A stretch of DNA of 64,000 bases. Source: Octopus sinensis (taxonomy: Eukaryota). The stretch is from NCBI RefSeq assembly GCF_006345805.1, contig NC_043002.1, positions 68,138,001 to 68,202,000 on the forward strand. Reading direction: 5' to 3'. Under the pieces are notes generated by a model. It saw nothing but the letters and a program-made list of their open reading frames with translations, did no database searches and had not been told where the DNA came from. The position numbers were made by a program, and so were the translations under genes. Below, piece after piece: positions 40,074 to 54,700 of the stretch; within the stretch, counting starts at the first letter, position 1; the number at the start of each line of letters is the position of its first letter.

Positions 40074-43000
40074 TGGGGTAGGTGTACACACATTAAAGAC
40101 AGAAAGAAAGGACTCTAAAATAAAACTAACCTCTAATTCTTCAAACAAGACCACTTTTACACCGGTCGATTTGGCCAAAGACAAAGATTCACTGTCTGGA
40201 GCTTCCATCAACACTACTGTCTTTAAGGATACCATTTTACTTTTTTGCTTCAGCAAATTTTTCAGTTTAGAATTTTTGTCACAAACAACCAAAGAAATTT
40301 CGGCTATAGAAAGAGAAACAGAAAGAAACAATTACATCAGATATTAGTTTTAAAATAAAAGACATGAAAACATTTTCGTAAGTATTACAAAACCGTTTTC
40401 TTCTTGGCCCCTTTAAGATTAAACAAAAATTGATTTATGATACATTTTATTAATGATCTATAGGTGTAGACATGATGGCTGTGTAGATATGGCATTTAGT
40501 ATATTACCATGTGGTTTCAAGTTCCATCTCAATGTGTGACACTTGACTTAAGTGTCTTCTACTGCAGCCTCAGGCCAACATAATGCTTTGTAAGGGTAAC
40601 TGGTAGTCAGAGACCGTATGGTTTAATGTCCACTTTTTCAGGCTTGTATGAGTGAGACAGAATTCATTGAGATACATTTTCTACAGCCCATATGTCTGTC
40701 CTGTTGCCAATCCTTATCAAGGAAGGTAATATTTCCTCATGGCCAACATGTTTATCACAGAAGACTGGCAAACAAATCTCACTTGTATGATGATGATGCT
40801 CATTCACAATCAGTACATGATGTGAAAACAAGGGTTCATGCACATAGACACACACACACACACATCTATATGAATGTATATGTGTTTATTTCTGCCTCCT
40901 TGTCTTGACATAATTATAAATAAGTGTCACCACCATACAAGCAATGTCATTCATTTCCAATCTTCATTGAAAATATGTCTGGTCATGGGGAAAATATTAC
41001 CTTGCTTGGAAACAAGTGAATGTTGGTGACAAAAAAGGCATCTAGCTGTAGAAAAAAAATCTACCTCAATGAATTCCATATAACCCATGCAAGAATGAAA
41101 AAGCAGACAGTAAAATGATGATGATATCAAAGCATAATATTATTTAGATGTAACAAGCCAACAGACAAGTTGAATGAAGTTTTGCAAACAAACAACACAA
41201 GAGAAATGTTTACATCATCATTTAGCATCCATTTTCCATTCTGATAAGGGCTTTGGCATGGTCTCTACAGCTGGATGCCCTTCCTAATGCCAACCACTTT
41301 ACAGAATGTACTGGATACTTTTTACATAGAACTGGCATTAGCAAGGTCAGTAAGTAAGATCATCAACTGAGAGGGAATACATATAAATGATGAAATTAAA
41401 TTAACAAAGATAAATTTTAAAAGTAAAAGGTATAGATATCAAACCTTGATTAACAATATACGTTGCAGCATCTGGTCCTAATGTGTCATATAAAGGGATG
41501 AGGACCATTGAGTACATATAGCAAGCTTGTTCAACAATAAAAAACTGGAAAAAAAAAACAGAAATTGTATATAGACATCTGAATCAAAGTTATTGCTGTG
41601 TTAGATGCATAAAGTTTGCATAGATGATCAAGACAACCCAGATAAATTGAGAGAGAAAAAGAATGGATATCAGAGAGATTACGAGAAAAGACTATACTGA
41701 TACAGACATAATGCATATAGAATATGACAGTTGAGTGAAGAAGTGGGGATCCACATGAAGGAAACCTGCAGATGAGGAAGATCGAGGAAGTTCTGGGAAG
41801 AAGATGTAAAGGGTGCTTTGGGGATATTGAACCTTACAAAGGAAATAAAGGTCTGCAATGAGTGGAAAGATGCTGTGCTACAAGAAACCTGTCCAATCCA
41901 TGCCAGCCTGGGAAAAAGACTGGAAATGGTGAATGAATTATTGTTTGCTTTTATCACCATCTTTCGTAGTGCATAAATGTACATACACAACACACACACA
42001 CACACTACAGGCTTCTTTCAGTTTCTATCAACTAAATTCACTCACAAGCTTTGGTCAGCTCAGGACTACAGTTAGAGACACTTGCCCAAGGTGCCACACA
42101 GTAGGACTGAACCCCAAAATGCCACATGGCTGAGAAGCAAACTTCTTAACTACAATGCCAGGCCTGCATCAAATAATTTCTTTATTACCCACAGGGGGCT
42201 AAACATAGAGGGGACAAACAAGGAAAGACAAAGGGATTAAGTTGATTACATTGACCCCAGTGTGTAACTGGTACTTATTTAATCGCCCCTGAAAGGATGA
42301 AAAACAAAGTCAACCGTGGCAGAATTTGAACTCAGAACATAACAGCAGACAAAATACTGCTAAGCATTTTGCCTGGCGTGCTAATGATTCTGCCAGCTCA
42401 CCACCCTTCAAATAATGAATGAACGAATGGATAAAAACATTTATCAAATATTTTAACTGCTTGAAATATAAAAACTTAAACAGCAGTACTATGGAAAGCA
42501 AACTAATGTTCAATACATTTCTCTCAATGGTGATATTATATACAGCTATTATTGTTTAGCTCCAAGTCAGCCCTTAATGAGCAGACCTAGGATTAGAAAT
42601 ATTCCAGCCAGAACCATTTTGCTGCCTTTTTAAATATCAATGACCATATTCACCAATGTGTCCTTTCTTTACTATAAGAAGTTAGCTTCCCAACCACATG
42701 GTCTCAGATTCAGTACCACTGTGTAGCACCTTAGGCAAATCATCATCATCAATTAACGTCCGTTTTCCATGCTAGCATGGGTTAGAGAGTTCAACCAGGG
42801 TTTGGGAAGCCAAGAGGCTTCCCCAGGCTCCGTCTGATCTGGCAGTGTTTCTACAGCTGGATGCCCTTCTTAATGCCAACCACTCTGTGAGTGCAGTGGG
42901 TACTTTTTATGTGCCACCGGCACAGGAGCCAGAGGAGGCTGGAAAATGGCCACAATCGGTTGGTGCTTTTTACGTGTCACCGGCACGGATGCCAGTCAAG

Positions 43001-46000
43001 GTGGCGCTGGCATCGACCACATTCAGATGGTGCTTTTTATGTGCCACCGGCACAGATGTCTTCTACTATAGCTGTGAGTTGACCAAAGCCCTGTGAGTGG
43101 ATTTAGTAGACAGAAACTGAAAGAAGCCTGTCATACATATGAGAGAGAGACTGTGTATGTTTGTGTCTCCTTGTTTAGACATGCAATCGTTATAAATGAA
43201 TGCCATTCATTTCTAATGTTCCGCAAAAATAAGTCCAACTATGAGAAAATATCATGTTGCTTGGAAATAGGTAAGGCTTGATGGCAGGAAGGGCATCCAA
43301 CCATAGAAAATCTGCCTCAATAAACTCCATAAGTGGACGTTAAAACAATGATGAGTAAGGCTGATCTTAGAATGCTGAACGTTCTTGAAATCAACCATTA
43401 TTGCTTCTTCCCATGTCTTCCTCTTCTTTAGGCACCTTCCATTCAGATAATTTTTTGGCAACTATCATCTGCCGTACATACCACATATCCACACTAATGC
43501 AATCTTTTCTCTTATACACAACAGCTGGATTTCTTTACACCCATATGTTTGCCTCTCAGCTCATCTGTGCTCTGTCTTACATATCTGTAATTTGAAAGTC
43601 ATTTAGCTTCTATTTCTAATAGCTATGTGACCACATAGATGCTCTTTTAGTGTCTTATCATGGAAAGTAGTAAACACAGATGTCTTATATATCAGTCAAG
43701 TTAGTTATCTAGGAGATGATGTTTGACCAGCAATCAAGTTAGACACCTAGACAACAACAAAAACCATATGCTGGACGAAGAAAAATGTCACTATCTGCAG
43801 TCTTAAAATGATGTTGTGCTAACTCTAAGAGATGGTAAATGGTTAGCACATAGGAAATTAAAAATAGCCATTGTAATAGTTCCATGAAAACCTTTCTACT
43901 TCACTGTAAAAAGCACTCAATCCACTCTGTAAGGTGGTTGGTGTTAAGAAGAGCATCCAGCTGAAAACCCCCCGCCAAAACAGGCAGTGAAGTCTGGTGC
44001 AGTCTTCTGCTAGCCAGCCCCTGTCAAACTGTCCAACCCATGCCAGCACGGAAAATAGACATTAAATGATGATGATGATGATATATCAGAAGAGCACAGC
44101 AAAGAAACTGTTCACTGAAATTATAAACAAGGCCAACAGTTCTAGGTGCTTCTGGATGAAGAGACATGTCAAAGCACTGGTGTTCCAGAATCCCTTGTAC
44201 AAATGAAATGTATTATAAATACACATCTGTGGTAAAGATGAAGCTGTTCTCCTGTGACAAACAACAGAAATTTGCATATTCATGTTCAAATCCACTGGAA
44301 TGTATTAAGAATAAATATGCATGTTATTGTGAATTTTTAAATATATTTAGGGGCATCCTGTGGGACGATAAGAGATAGAGAAAAAGAGAAAAATATATTT
44401 TCAGATTAATAAAATGTCAGTTAAGTTTTCATAACATATCTGAATAGTTTTGTCTGTCCATACTGAATATAAGATCCAGTCTCAGCATCATCATCATCGT
44501 TTAAATCCATTTTCCATGCTGGCATGGGTTGGACAGTTTGACTGAGGTCTGGAAAGTCAGCAGCTGCACCAGGCTCCAATATGATCTGGCAAGGTTTCTA
44601 CAGCTGGATGCCCTTCCTAACGCCAACCATTCTGAGAGTGTAGTGGGCGTGTTTTACATGCCACTGGCACAGTAGCCAGTCAGGAGGCACTGGCATCAAC
44701 CACATTTGGATGGTGCTTTTTACCTGTCACCGGCACAGGAGCCAGTCAGGCAGCCCTGGCATCAATCACGTTTGGATAGTGCTTTATATGTGCCACCGGA
44801 ACAGGAACCAGTCAGGAGCCACTGGCCAGAGCTAGGATTTGGGTTTTACTTCACTTAACAGGTCTTCTCAAACATATATCGGTCGATGCATAACAAAAAA
44901 AAAATCAAAGCAAATCATTAAAACTGAACACCTATGTGATGATGTTTAATATCTTACAATTCTATGTGACACTAATATAACAATAAAATGGAAAAATATT
45001 TAGAAAACAAATATCAAGTAATTTTACAAACCTCAGGATTATTTTGTGAATAGATCCCAATGTGTGTAGTATTTGAAGGATTTTGTCCTAATTTTATTAA
45101 TCCAGCTCCTACATTTGCTGACTTAACCAATACCTGAAATAAAAAGAGAAAAACAAAATTGTAATTCATATATATATATATATATAAAAAAAATACTATA
45201 GAGTTTGTGTGTGACAGAAGAAAATAGTCTTTGTGTGTGTGGCATATGTGCAGGTACAATAAGCACTAAAAATGTGCAGACAACAGACTCCCTCAAATGC
45301 CCAGGGGGATCATTAGAAGTAGTAAATAGCTTCTGTTACCTAGGCAACTGAGTTAGCAGTGGTGGAGGAAGTTCTGAAAGTGTAGTTGCTAGATTAAGAA
45401 TGGACTGGGTAAAGTTCAGAGAGCTTCTATCTTTGTTGGTAACTAAAAGCCTCTACCTTAAGGGCAGATTGTATGATGCCTATATATGTACAGCTATGCT
45501 ACATGGCAGTGAAACATGGGCTGTGACTACAGAGGATTTGCGAAGGCTTGAAAGAAATGAAGCTAGCATGCTCTGCTGGATGGGTAATGTCAGTGTGCAT
45601 GCATAAAAGAGTATAAATGATTTAAGAGGGAAACTGGGTGTAAGAGGCATCAGATGTCGTGTGCAAGAGAGAAGACTGTGATGTATATAGATGAGGACAG
45701 CTGCATAAAGAAATGCTGAGCTCTTACTGTGGAGGGAACTTGTGGAAGGGGTAAACCCAGGAAGATGTGGGACAAAGTGGTGAGAAAGGATCTTCAGATG
45801 CTGGGCCCTCACTGAAGAAATGACAAGGGACTGGGAGTTGTGATTCGCTGTACATGAGAAGATGTACCAAGCAAAGTAAAACTGCTGTCGTCCATACATA
45901 AAAGTATGTCCTTTACAAGTGCTGGTGCCACATAAAATGCAATTGTGCCAGTGCTTCGTAAACGCACCCATGCAAGTGGCACCTAGAAAAGCATCCAACA

Positions 46001-46615
46001 CACACTGTTAAGTGGTTGGTGTTAGGAAGGGCATCCAGTTGTAGAAACTATGCCACAAGAGACAATCGGAATCTGGACAGCTCCCTGGCTGGCCAGCTCC
46101 ATGTCAAACTGTATGACCCATGCCAGCATGGAAAACAGACATTAAAGACGACGATGATGATGAAGATGATGACAAGGATGATAATAGATTCCATCAAGTC
46201 ACTTTATAAGGCAAATATGGTGACGAATGTCTAAAAGAGATGATTCTTTCACTTTTAATCCTGCTCCAAAGTTGATCCTTGTGTGTCTTTGATGAAGCCT
46301 TCAACCGAGGTCTCTCTCTGAAATTCTTTCTTTCCTACCTCAAGCAGAGGGGCCAAGAAAAAGATCATGGACCTTGTCTTGTCTTTCTGGTTAAGCCATA
46401 AAAACCCCCACCAAAACCAAATAATAGTACAAAAGAACTAAAACAAAGTAAAATATTTTCCAGATAACTTCAATATATGAAATCTTTTCTTGAATTATAT
46501 TCAGACAGAGATGAAATAGGAAAAAAACAACCTTTAGATTAAAGAGGTCAAACACACATGAAAATTAGGAAAAGTATAAATTTTGTAACTAAAACAAATA
46601 ATAATGATCTACATT

Positions 46616-46653
<38 letters not shown>

Positions 46654-48384
46654 TGTGGCTGTGGGGTAAGAAGTTTGCTTACCAACCACATGGTTCCAGG
46701 TTCATTCCCACTGCATGGCACCTTGGGCAAGTGTATTCTACTATAGCCTTGGGCCAACCAAAGCCCTGTGAGTGGATTTGGTAGACAGAAACTGAAAGAA
46801 GCCTGTCATATATATGTGTATATATATATATATATATAATTGATATAGGATAAAATTTTTTTCAGGAAAAAATTTTATCAATGACCAGCATATCAAAAAA
46901 TGCCTTTAAAAGTAAAATCTATACATAATTTACAAGATAAGGGCAGAAGAAAAATTCTAATGCCAGATACGCCGAAACAAAAAATTTGTCAATAACCATT
47001 TAAATTTATGCGTCTCGAAACAAACCGATAGAAATCTCTAAAAAATTCGTTATTACCGTATTGGTCCAATTTCGGGGTTAATTCACAAGAAATTTTCCCC
47101 TCTTCAGCGGCACATACGTGAGATATAAATGAAATACTTATTCATACCCATGGAAGAAGCAAGCACTAAGTCCCGAGCAGACTTAAGTACCCCAAATATA
47201 TCCAAATAGAAAAATTTTTCTTCTGCCCTTATCTTGTAAATTATATATATATATGTATATGTGTGTGTGTGTATATGTTTGTGTGTCTGTGTTTGTCCCC
47301 TAACATCGCTTGACAACCAATGGTGATGTATTTATGTCCCTGTAACTTAGCAGTTTGGCAAAAGAGGCCAATAGAATAAGTACTAGGCTTCCAAAGAATA
47401 AGTCCTGGGGTCAATTTTCTTGGCTAAAGGCGGTGCTCCAGCATGGCTGCAGTCAAATGACTGAAACAAGTAAAAGAGTAAAGAGTATGTGCATGTGTGT
47501 GTATGCATATATGTGCATGTATGTGTGTGTGTGTAAGTATGTACAGGGTGCGATGGGTAATTTGTTGTCATTTTATATTTTTAATTTCGTGAGCTGCACA
47601 TAGTTTATTTTTGAATCTGTTGACTATAAAGTATAGTAAGGTCAGTTGGGCACAGTCTGTGAGAAAAACAGTACCTTGACTGCCAGAAATTTGGAAATAG
47701 CATGCTGTACTACTTGGCATTCACACCAAAAGCTCCAATGCAAACATTTCAGAGTGTTTGGGTGTCAATCTGAGGACATGTACCAAGAGTGATAAAAATC
47801 AAACATCCACTCAACATCATGGCGTTCAGAGTGATCACTAGTGATGGCAACACCATGCTTCCATTCATCTACCCACATGGCCTCAAACTCAACACGGAAG
47901 CCTATATCAAGTGCCTGGGTGAAGAGGGTGACTGCTGGAAGACCCTATATCTGGCAAAATGACTCTGCACCATGCCACACAAGCAGGAGAACCCAGTCAT
48001 GGCTGTCAGACAATTTCTGCAACTACAACACCCCTAACATCTGGCCACCTAACTCCCCAGACTGCAACCCCCTTGATTATTATGTGTAGGGTGCAGTAGA
48101 GCGAGAGAGCAACAAAACTCCTTGTAACACCAAAGATGAACTGAAGACAAGGATTATGGCAGCTTTCATCAACTTAAACAAGGAGGCTGTCCAGAAGTGT
48201 TGCAAGAGATTCTGAAGTCGTCTGGAGGCCATGGTTAAAGCCAATGGCGATTTTATTGAATAAATTTACTCTTTAGTATTTCAGGATGTTTTTATGTAAT
48301 TTTGGTAAATATATCTGTTAAAATGAGATGTGAATGTTATTTTCATTTTTGCATAATTTAGACAAGAGTTTATTCACCACACCC

Positions 48385-48433
<49 letters not shown>

Positions 48434-48689
48434 TCAAAGGACATGGTAAGTATGTCTACCTGCTTGAAATAACAGTCAAAAACTCTTATTAAATTGCCCA
48501 AAATACACTGATGATAACTACAGAAATCAAACGAAGGCAAAATCAGGTTAAGACCAATCTACTAACATACATTTAAGTATCTGGACTCACGTGGACCAGT
48601 TTCTGTACTGGCAAAATAAGCCTTAGCTTCTTCAGCACGTGTTACCATGATTAGAGATTTCCAACCCATCACTTTGAAGTCTGTGCTGC

Positions 48690-48766
<77 letters not shown>

Positions 48767-51700
48767 TACATATACACAATGGGCTTCTTTCAGTTTCCGT
48801 CAACCAAATCCACTCACAAGGCTTTGATCGGCCTGAAGTGCCACACAGTGGGGCTGAACCCGGAACAATGTGGTTGGGAAGCAAGCTTCTTACCACACAG
48901 CCACGCCTGTGCCTATATATATATATATATGATTAAAATAGCTACATGGGGACACTAATATTTTTAATAGAAAATAGATATTCTGAAAGTTTACATCCTC
49001 GACACAATACTCTCTCCTCTTACACATTCTCCAAATGTGGTTCTACATCATTTCTTGCAATAATTCCATTTACATTGGGGTTCATTATAAAAGTAGTTCT
49101 TCAACTTGTTATTTTCTCTTGGAACCCTTATATGAATCGCCAAACATTGTATAACCCATAACTATATCATAAGGATGCTCTGTAGAGTTTCATGCCTGCC
49201 AAGACACACAAATTCCACAGAAGGCAACACAATGGTGAATACCACTTTTAATATTTTAACTGCTGAAACGACTGTAGAATCTTCAATGAAATTACAAAGA
49301 ATCTGTAAAATCTATGCTACTATTTTAATTATTTTAAAATTATTTTTTTTATTAATCACCATTAAAAGACATCTTATTTCACAGAACCCTACAACTTTTA
49401 GGGGAATTCACTTTGGAAACCACTGTCCCACTACTAAACTGGTAGAAGGATGAAAGGTAGAGTTAAATTGAACTCAGAACTTATAGGGTTGTAAGTAAAT
49501 GCTACAAAACGTTTAGTCTGGTGCTTTAACCCTTTCGTTACGAACCCAGCTGAAAATGGCTTTAGCTCTGTAGTGCAAATGCCTTGTTTTCATAAGTTTT
49601 TAATAAAAATATTCCACCAAACCTTAGTCACAAATTATGTTCCTAACACTAGCTTAATAGTAACTAAGTTATTATTTTACTAAATTCTTTGTTGTATTTA
49701 AAATTAATTGAAAGAAACACAGAGCATCTCAACAGAAATATGGTAACAAAGGGTTAATGATTATGCCAAAATTTGATGTGTAGGAATTACTGCTTTTTAG
49801 AATTACTAGTAGCAGCAGTGACAAAACATAGAGTAGAGAGTTTCAATAAAGAATTTATTTAAAGAATGTGGCCCAACCGAGGAATTTTAGTACAGAGACT
49901 ATGAGGAATGCCCAACCCAACTTGAATATCAATTACTTTGGCAATAACAGTAAATTACATATGTACCCACCCACTCACAACACACACACACACTTCTCGG
50001 AAGGAAAGCAACACCCAATTTTAGATTTCTCTATTAAAAATAAAGAGAAGGGGGAGAAAATAACATACAACAAAAATAGTTCACACCCACATTCTCTTTC
50101 TTTAGATAATTTACTTAAAATTCTTGACTCTGCAACCTTTATTCTATTTTCCTGAAGAATAATTAAAGGTTAAATAACATACTGTAATCAAAGATTATGT
50201 TGTGTGGTTGTGTGTTGGTTTATTTTTTTATTTTTCTACTTGTTTCAGTTATTTTGACAGTGGCCATGCTAGAGTTCCACCTTAAAGGGTTTTAGTCAAA
50301 ACCAATCAACCCAGGACTTATTTAAGTCTAGTACTGTTCTATTGGTTTCTTTTGCCAAAGCGCTAAGTTACGGAAACATAAGCACACCAAAACCAGTTGT
50401 CAAGTGGTGATGAGGAAGGGGGGGGGGAACAAACCCAGACACAAAGGCACAAACACATAGACACATACACACATATATATATGACGGGCGTCTTTCAGTT
50501 TCCGTCTTGCCTCCCAACCATGTAGTCTCATGTTCAATCCCACTGCATGGTACCCTGGGCAAGTGTGTTCTATTATAGCCTTGGGGCAATCAAAATCTTT
50601 TAACCAGATTTGGTAGACTAAAACTGAAAGAAGCCTATAATGTGTGTGTGTGTAAGTGTGTGTGTGTGTGTGTGTGCGCATGTGTGAAGGTACATAGCTT
50701 CATGGTTAGAGTATTCAACTCATGAATGTAGGGTTGTGAGTTCAATTCCCAGCAGCATATTGTGTCCTTGGACAAGACACTTTATTTCACATTGCTCCAG
50801 TGCACTCAGCTAGGCAAAAATGAATAGTACCTCTATTTCAAAGCGCCAACCTTGTCCACATTCAGTGTTACACTGAATCTCCCTGAAAACTATGTCAAAC
50901 GCATGTCTATGGAGTGCTCAGCCACTTGCACATTAATTTCACAAGCAGGCTGTTCCATTGATCAGATCAACTGGAACCCTTATTGTACCCAACAGAGGGC
51001 CAATGTGGGCATTTGTGTTTGTGTGTAAACGTGTTTCGACATCATGTGATGGTTGTAAATAAGCATCACTTGCCATGAGCTAATGTCACTTTGCTTAGAA
51101 ACAGGTGAGGGTTGATGACAGGAAGGACAATTGGGTATAGAAAATGTGCTTCAACAAATTCCATCTGACCCATGCAAATATGGAAAACTGAATGTTAAAT
51201 TACAGAGATGTACTTGCATAGCAAGTGACTTGATCTGAGATTGTGTGCTGAAACGAAAACAATTGCAGCGTGAAAGTGTTTGTAAGCCATTTAAGAAACA
51301 CACAAAAGCCGTTCGATTCTCTTCAACATTTAAATTTAATTTGTCAAAATATTTTCATCGCTTTAAGACCACGACCTGTTCACTGACAAAAATCCGTGCT
51401 GCATCTGCAAATATTTTGACAAATTAAACTTAAATGTTGAAGTGAATCGAACGGCTTTTGTGTGTTTCTTAAATGGCTTACAAACACCTTCCACGCTGCA
51501 ATTGAATGTTAAATGTTGCTGATAATGATGATGATATTGAATCCTAATGCGTACATATGTTTATTGCTCTGTTACTAGAAAAATCTTCCAGTATGCCAAA
51601 GTATATTTCTATATTGACCCAAGTTCAACCATCTTGTCTTAGGAGAATCAAGGAGTACATTATCTTATGTGTCTTCCCCACATTTTTTCTAAGACAGTGG

Positions 51701-54700
51701 GCTGTCATTTCAGAATGATCTGGCTGTTATTTCTAACAGATGAAGAAGCATATAGATACTCCTTTGATGATTTGTATACATATCATCATCATCTGCTTTC
51801 CATGCTAGCATGGGTTGGACAATATGACTGAGGACTGGCGAACCAGATGGCTACACCAGGCTCCAATCTCATCTGGCAGAGTTTCTACAGCTAGATGCCC
51901 TTCCTAACATCAACCACTCCAAGAGTGTAGTGGGTGATTTTATGTACCACTGGCACAAGGGCCAGTCAGGTGGAATTGGCAACGGCCATGCTCAAGTGGT
52001 GTTTTTTACGTGCGACCTCGCGCGAATGTCTTTCATGTGCCACCGGCATGAGTGCCAGTAAGGCAACGCTGGTAACGATCACGTATGAATAGTGCTTTTT
52101 ACATGCCACCAGCACAGAAACCAGTTAGCTGCTCTGACAGCAATCATATGGTCTAAAATATATAGAGAGAGTTGTGATGGAATAATACCAAGTTCTCAGC
52201 AAGAAGCAGTCATGAAAAGACTAGTTTATGTGTTTACATCAATAGCAACATAGAAAATAATGTTTAGCTTCTTTTTTTTTTTTTTTATAATCAAAGAAAC
52301 TTTTTACAAAGACTCTCCCAGACTAGTGAGATTGATGTGGGTGATAATCAGTTGAACCCCTTATACATTGATATATGCAAGAAAAATATGGACTAGGAGA
52401 GAATTACAGGGAACTGCAGTCCAGAAATAGTGTTTAGTAAAGACTAAACACTTTAGGATTATATGAAGTGTTTATCAATAGATCTGTTAAGTGTAACAAC
52501 AAAAGTCAGAGAGGGTTATGTAGTTAGTTAGTTCAGAAGACATTTTAGTAGATCATGACAAAAACAATAGTTAATAGTTAAATAATAATTTGACTGAATA
52601 TTTCATACTGTACTGAAAGATCACAATATATAGTTATATGTGTAGCAGTGAGAAGCAAAAGCACATGTGTGAGTCAGTGGCCATAGTCTGGCAGTGAGTG
52701 AATTGAGTAATTGCCAATTAATTAACTTTTTTTCTTTTGGCTGAAATCCAAGATGGCTATGTGCATAGCAGCACTTTTCATCTCTCATATGTGAAATTGT
52801 AATCAATGTGGTTCATACACAGACTTTGTACAGGATCAACAACTGAAGTATTTCCCCACCAGAAACAGTAATCCTAGTTTTTGTGATGTTATGCAGATGA
52901 TATGGGGGACTCACCAACATTTGTAGCAACCGTTCAACTACCTTGTTTTAGTTTCTGTGCCATTCATGATTAGAGAGTGTGAGGTAAAAAAAAAACTGTT
53001 TCTTTGATATATGTAATTGTACCAACTTGCTTTTGTACTGTTACATAAGACGAAGTTGTCATCTACCCAGTGAAGTGGGTTTCAAGGCCTCTATTTAGGA
53101 TAGCAGTATATGTATGATGTAAGATGTTGAGGGTGCATTTAGTTATGTATAAGCTAATATGGTGTTACTAATGCCTCCATCAGTCTAGATTAACCATGCA
53201 CCTACACAGGTATATCTAGACCTGTACAAGATTTTTTTCAGACAAAACCTAGCAGTTACCTGAACAAGGCATTGCTATTAGATTGCAAAGAATCAGGACA
53301 AACACCACAAGGTATTTCACCTGACCCCGCTGACAGTTTTGTCAATCTATGTCTCTGAATTGGTACATTTTTTTTTAGCAACCCCAAAAGGCTGAAAAGC
53401 AACACTGACCTCTGCAGGATTTGAACTTAGAGTACAAAAACATCCAATGAAATACCACGAGGCAATCTATCAAACACTCTAGTTACTTTGGGTACATGCA
53501 ATTGAGACAGTATTAAATTAAAATAACCAAAAGTACCAATGCTGGTGCTGCTCGAACAGCACCTATGCCAGTGTCACATGCAACAGGAGCCTGTGACAGT
53601 GCCATGTATGATGTGGGGGTGGGGGCCTTGGTGGTGGCACTTCGCACGATGGGGAAGAGGGGGCCTTTGCAGTGACACTGCGCATGATGGAGGGGGGCTT
53701 TGTGGTGGTGCCACGCGTAATGGAGGGGGGCTTTGTGGTGGTGCCACGCGTGATGGAGGGGGGGCTTTGTGGTAGTACTGCATGCGATGGAGGGGGGTCC
53801 TTTGCGGTGGTGCCCTGGAAGGGGTGGGGCTTTTGCTGTGGCACATTTATTTGTACTATTTTATGGTGCTTCAATAATGCATGCACACCTGCAGGGACAT
53901 AACATCATTGCTGTCTTACTTTTGTTATCTCCATTTTTCACATCTTTATACATTTTGACATTTCTTAACCAGATAAGCTCATAGCTAGTTGATTGGTTGC
54001 TTTGTAGGTTAATAATCATTAACAACACAGTTGATAATTCTTATCAACTGATATAAATGGGTCTCTGAGGAGCCATTCTATTGAAATACTTTCTTTGTTA
54101 TCATTTCTATTCAAAAATACAATAGGTAAACAGAAAGCACTTGTACACAAAGCTAGTTATCTTGAGAATCATGCAGCCGCAGATACTACAAATACTACCA
54201 AGGTCAACTTAGCCTTTTGTACTTTCAAGGGTAATTAAATTACTCTTGAAATTACCCTTAAAATAGCCTCTGTACAGGACTGGTAATTGTGCCTTAAATT
54301 TTAAACAAATTTAAGGCACAGTACTAAAGTTACAATTATTATTATTATTATTAAGGTGGCAAACTGGCAGAACCATTAGCATGCTGAGTAAAATGCTTAG
54401 TGGCATTTCATCTGCCTTTACGTTCTGATTTCAAATCCTACCATAATCAACTCTGCCTTTCATCCTTTCGGGGTCAATTAAATAAGTACTAGTTCTGTAC
54501 TAGGGTCGGTATAATTGACTATCCCCCTCCCCCCAATTTCAGGCATTGTACCTACAGCAGAAAGGATTATTATTGTTATTATGAAGGCAGGAAACAGGCA
54601 GAATTATTTATGTGCCACACAAAATGCTTGGCAGTAACACTTCTGGTTCTTTACATTTGCATTCATGCTCTGCTAAGGTCAACTTTTGCTGTTTGCAAGG

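Noticed and set aside
48562-48777. Possible ACSL coding exon ([19 protein letters not shown]) with GTGAGT donor
   Set aside because: No ACSL similarity; exons 59180-59247 and 45032-45133 already join in frame; the sequence is a hammerhead motif.
53539-53984. Pro/Gly-rich ORFs on both strands
   Set aside because: Artefacts of the GC-rich minisatellite.
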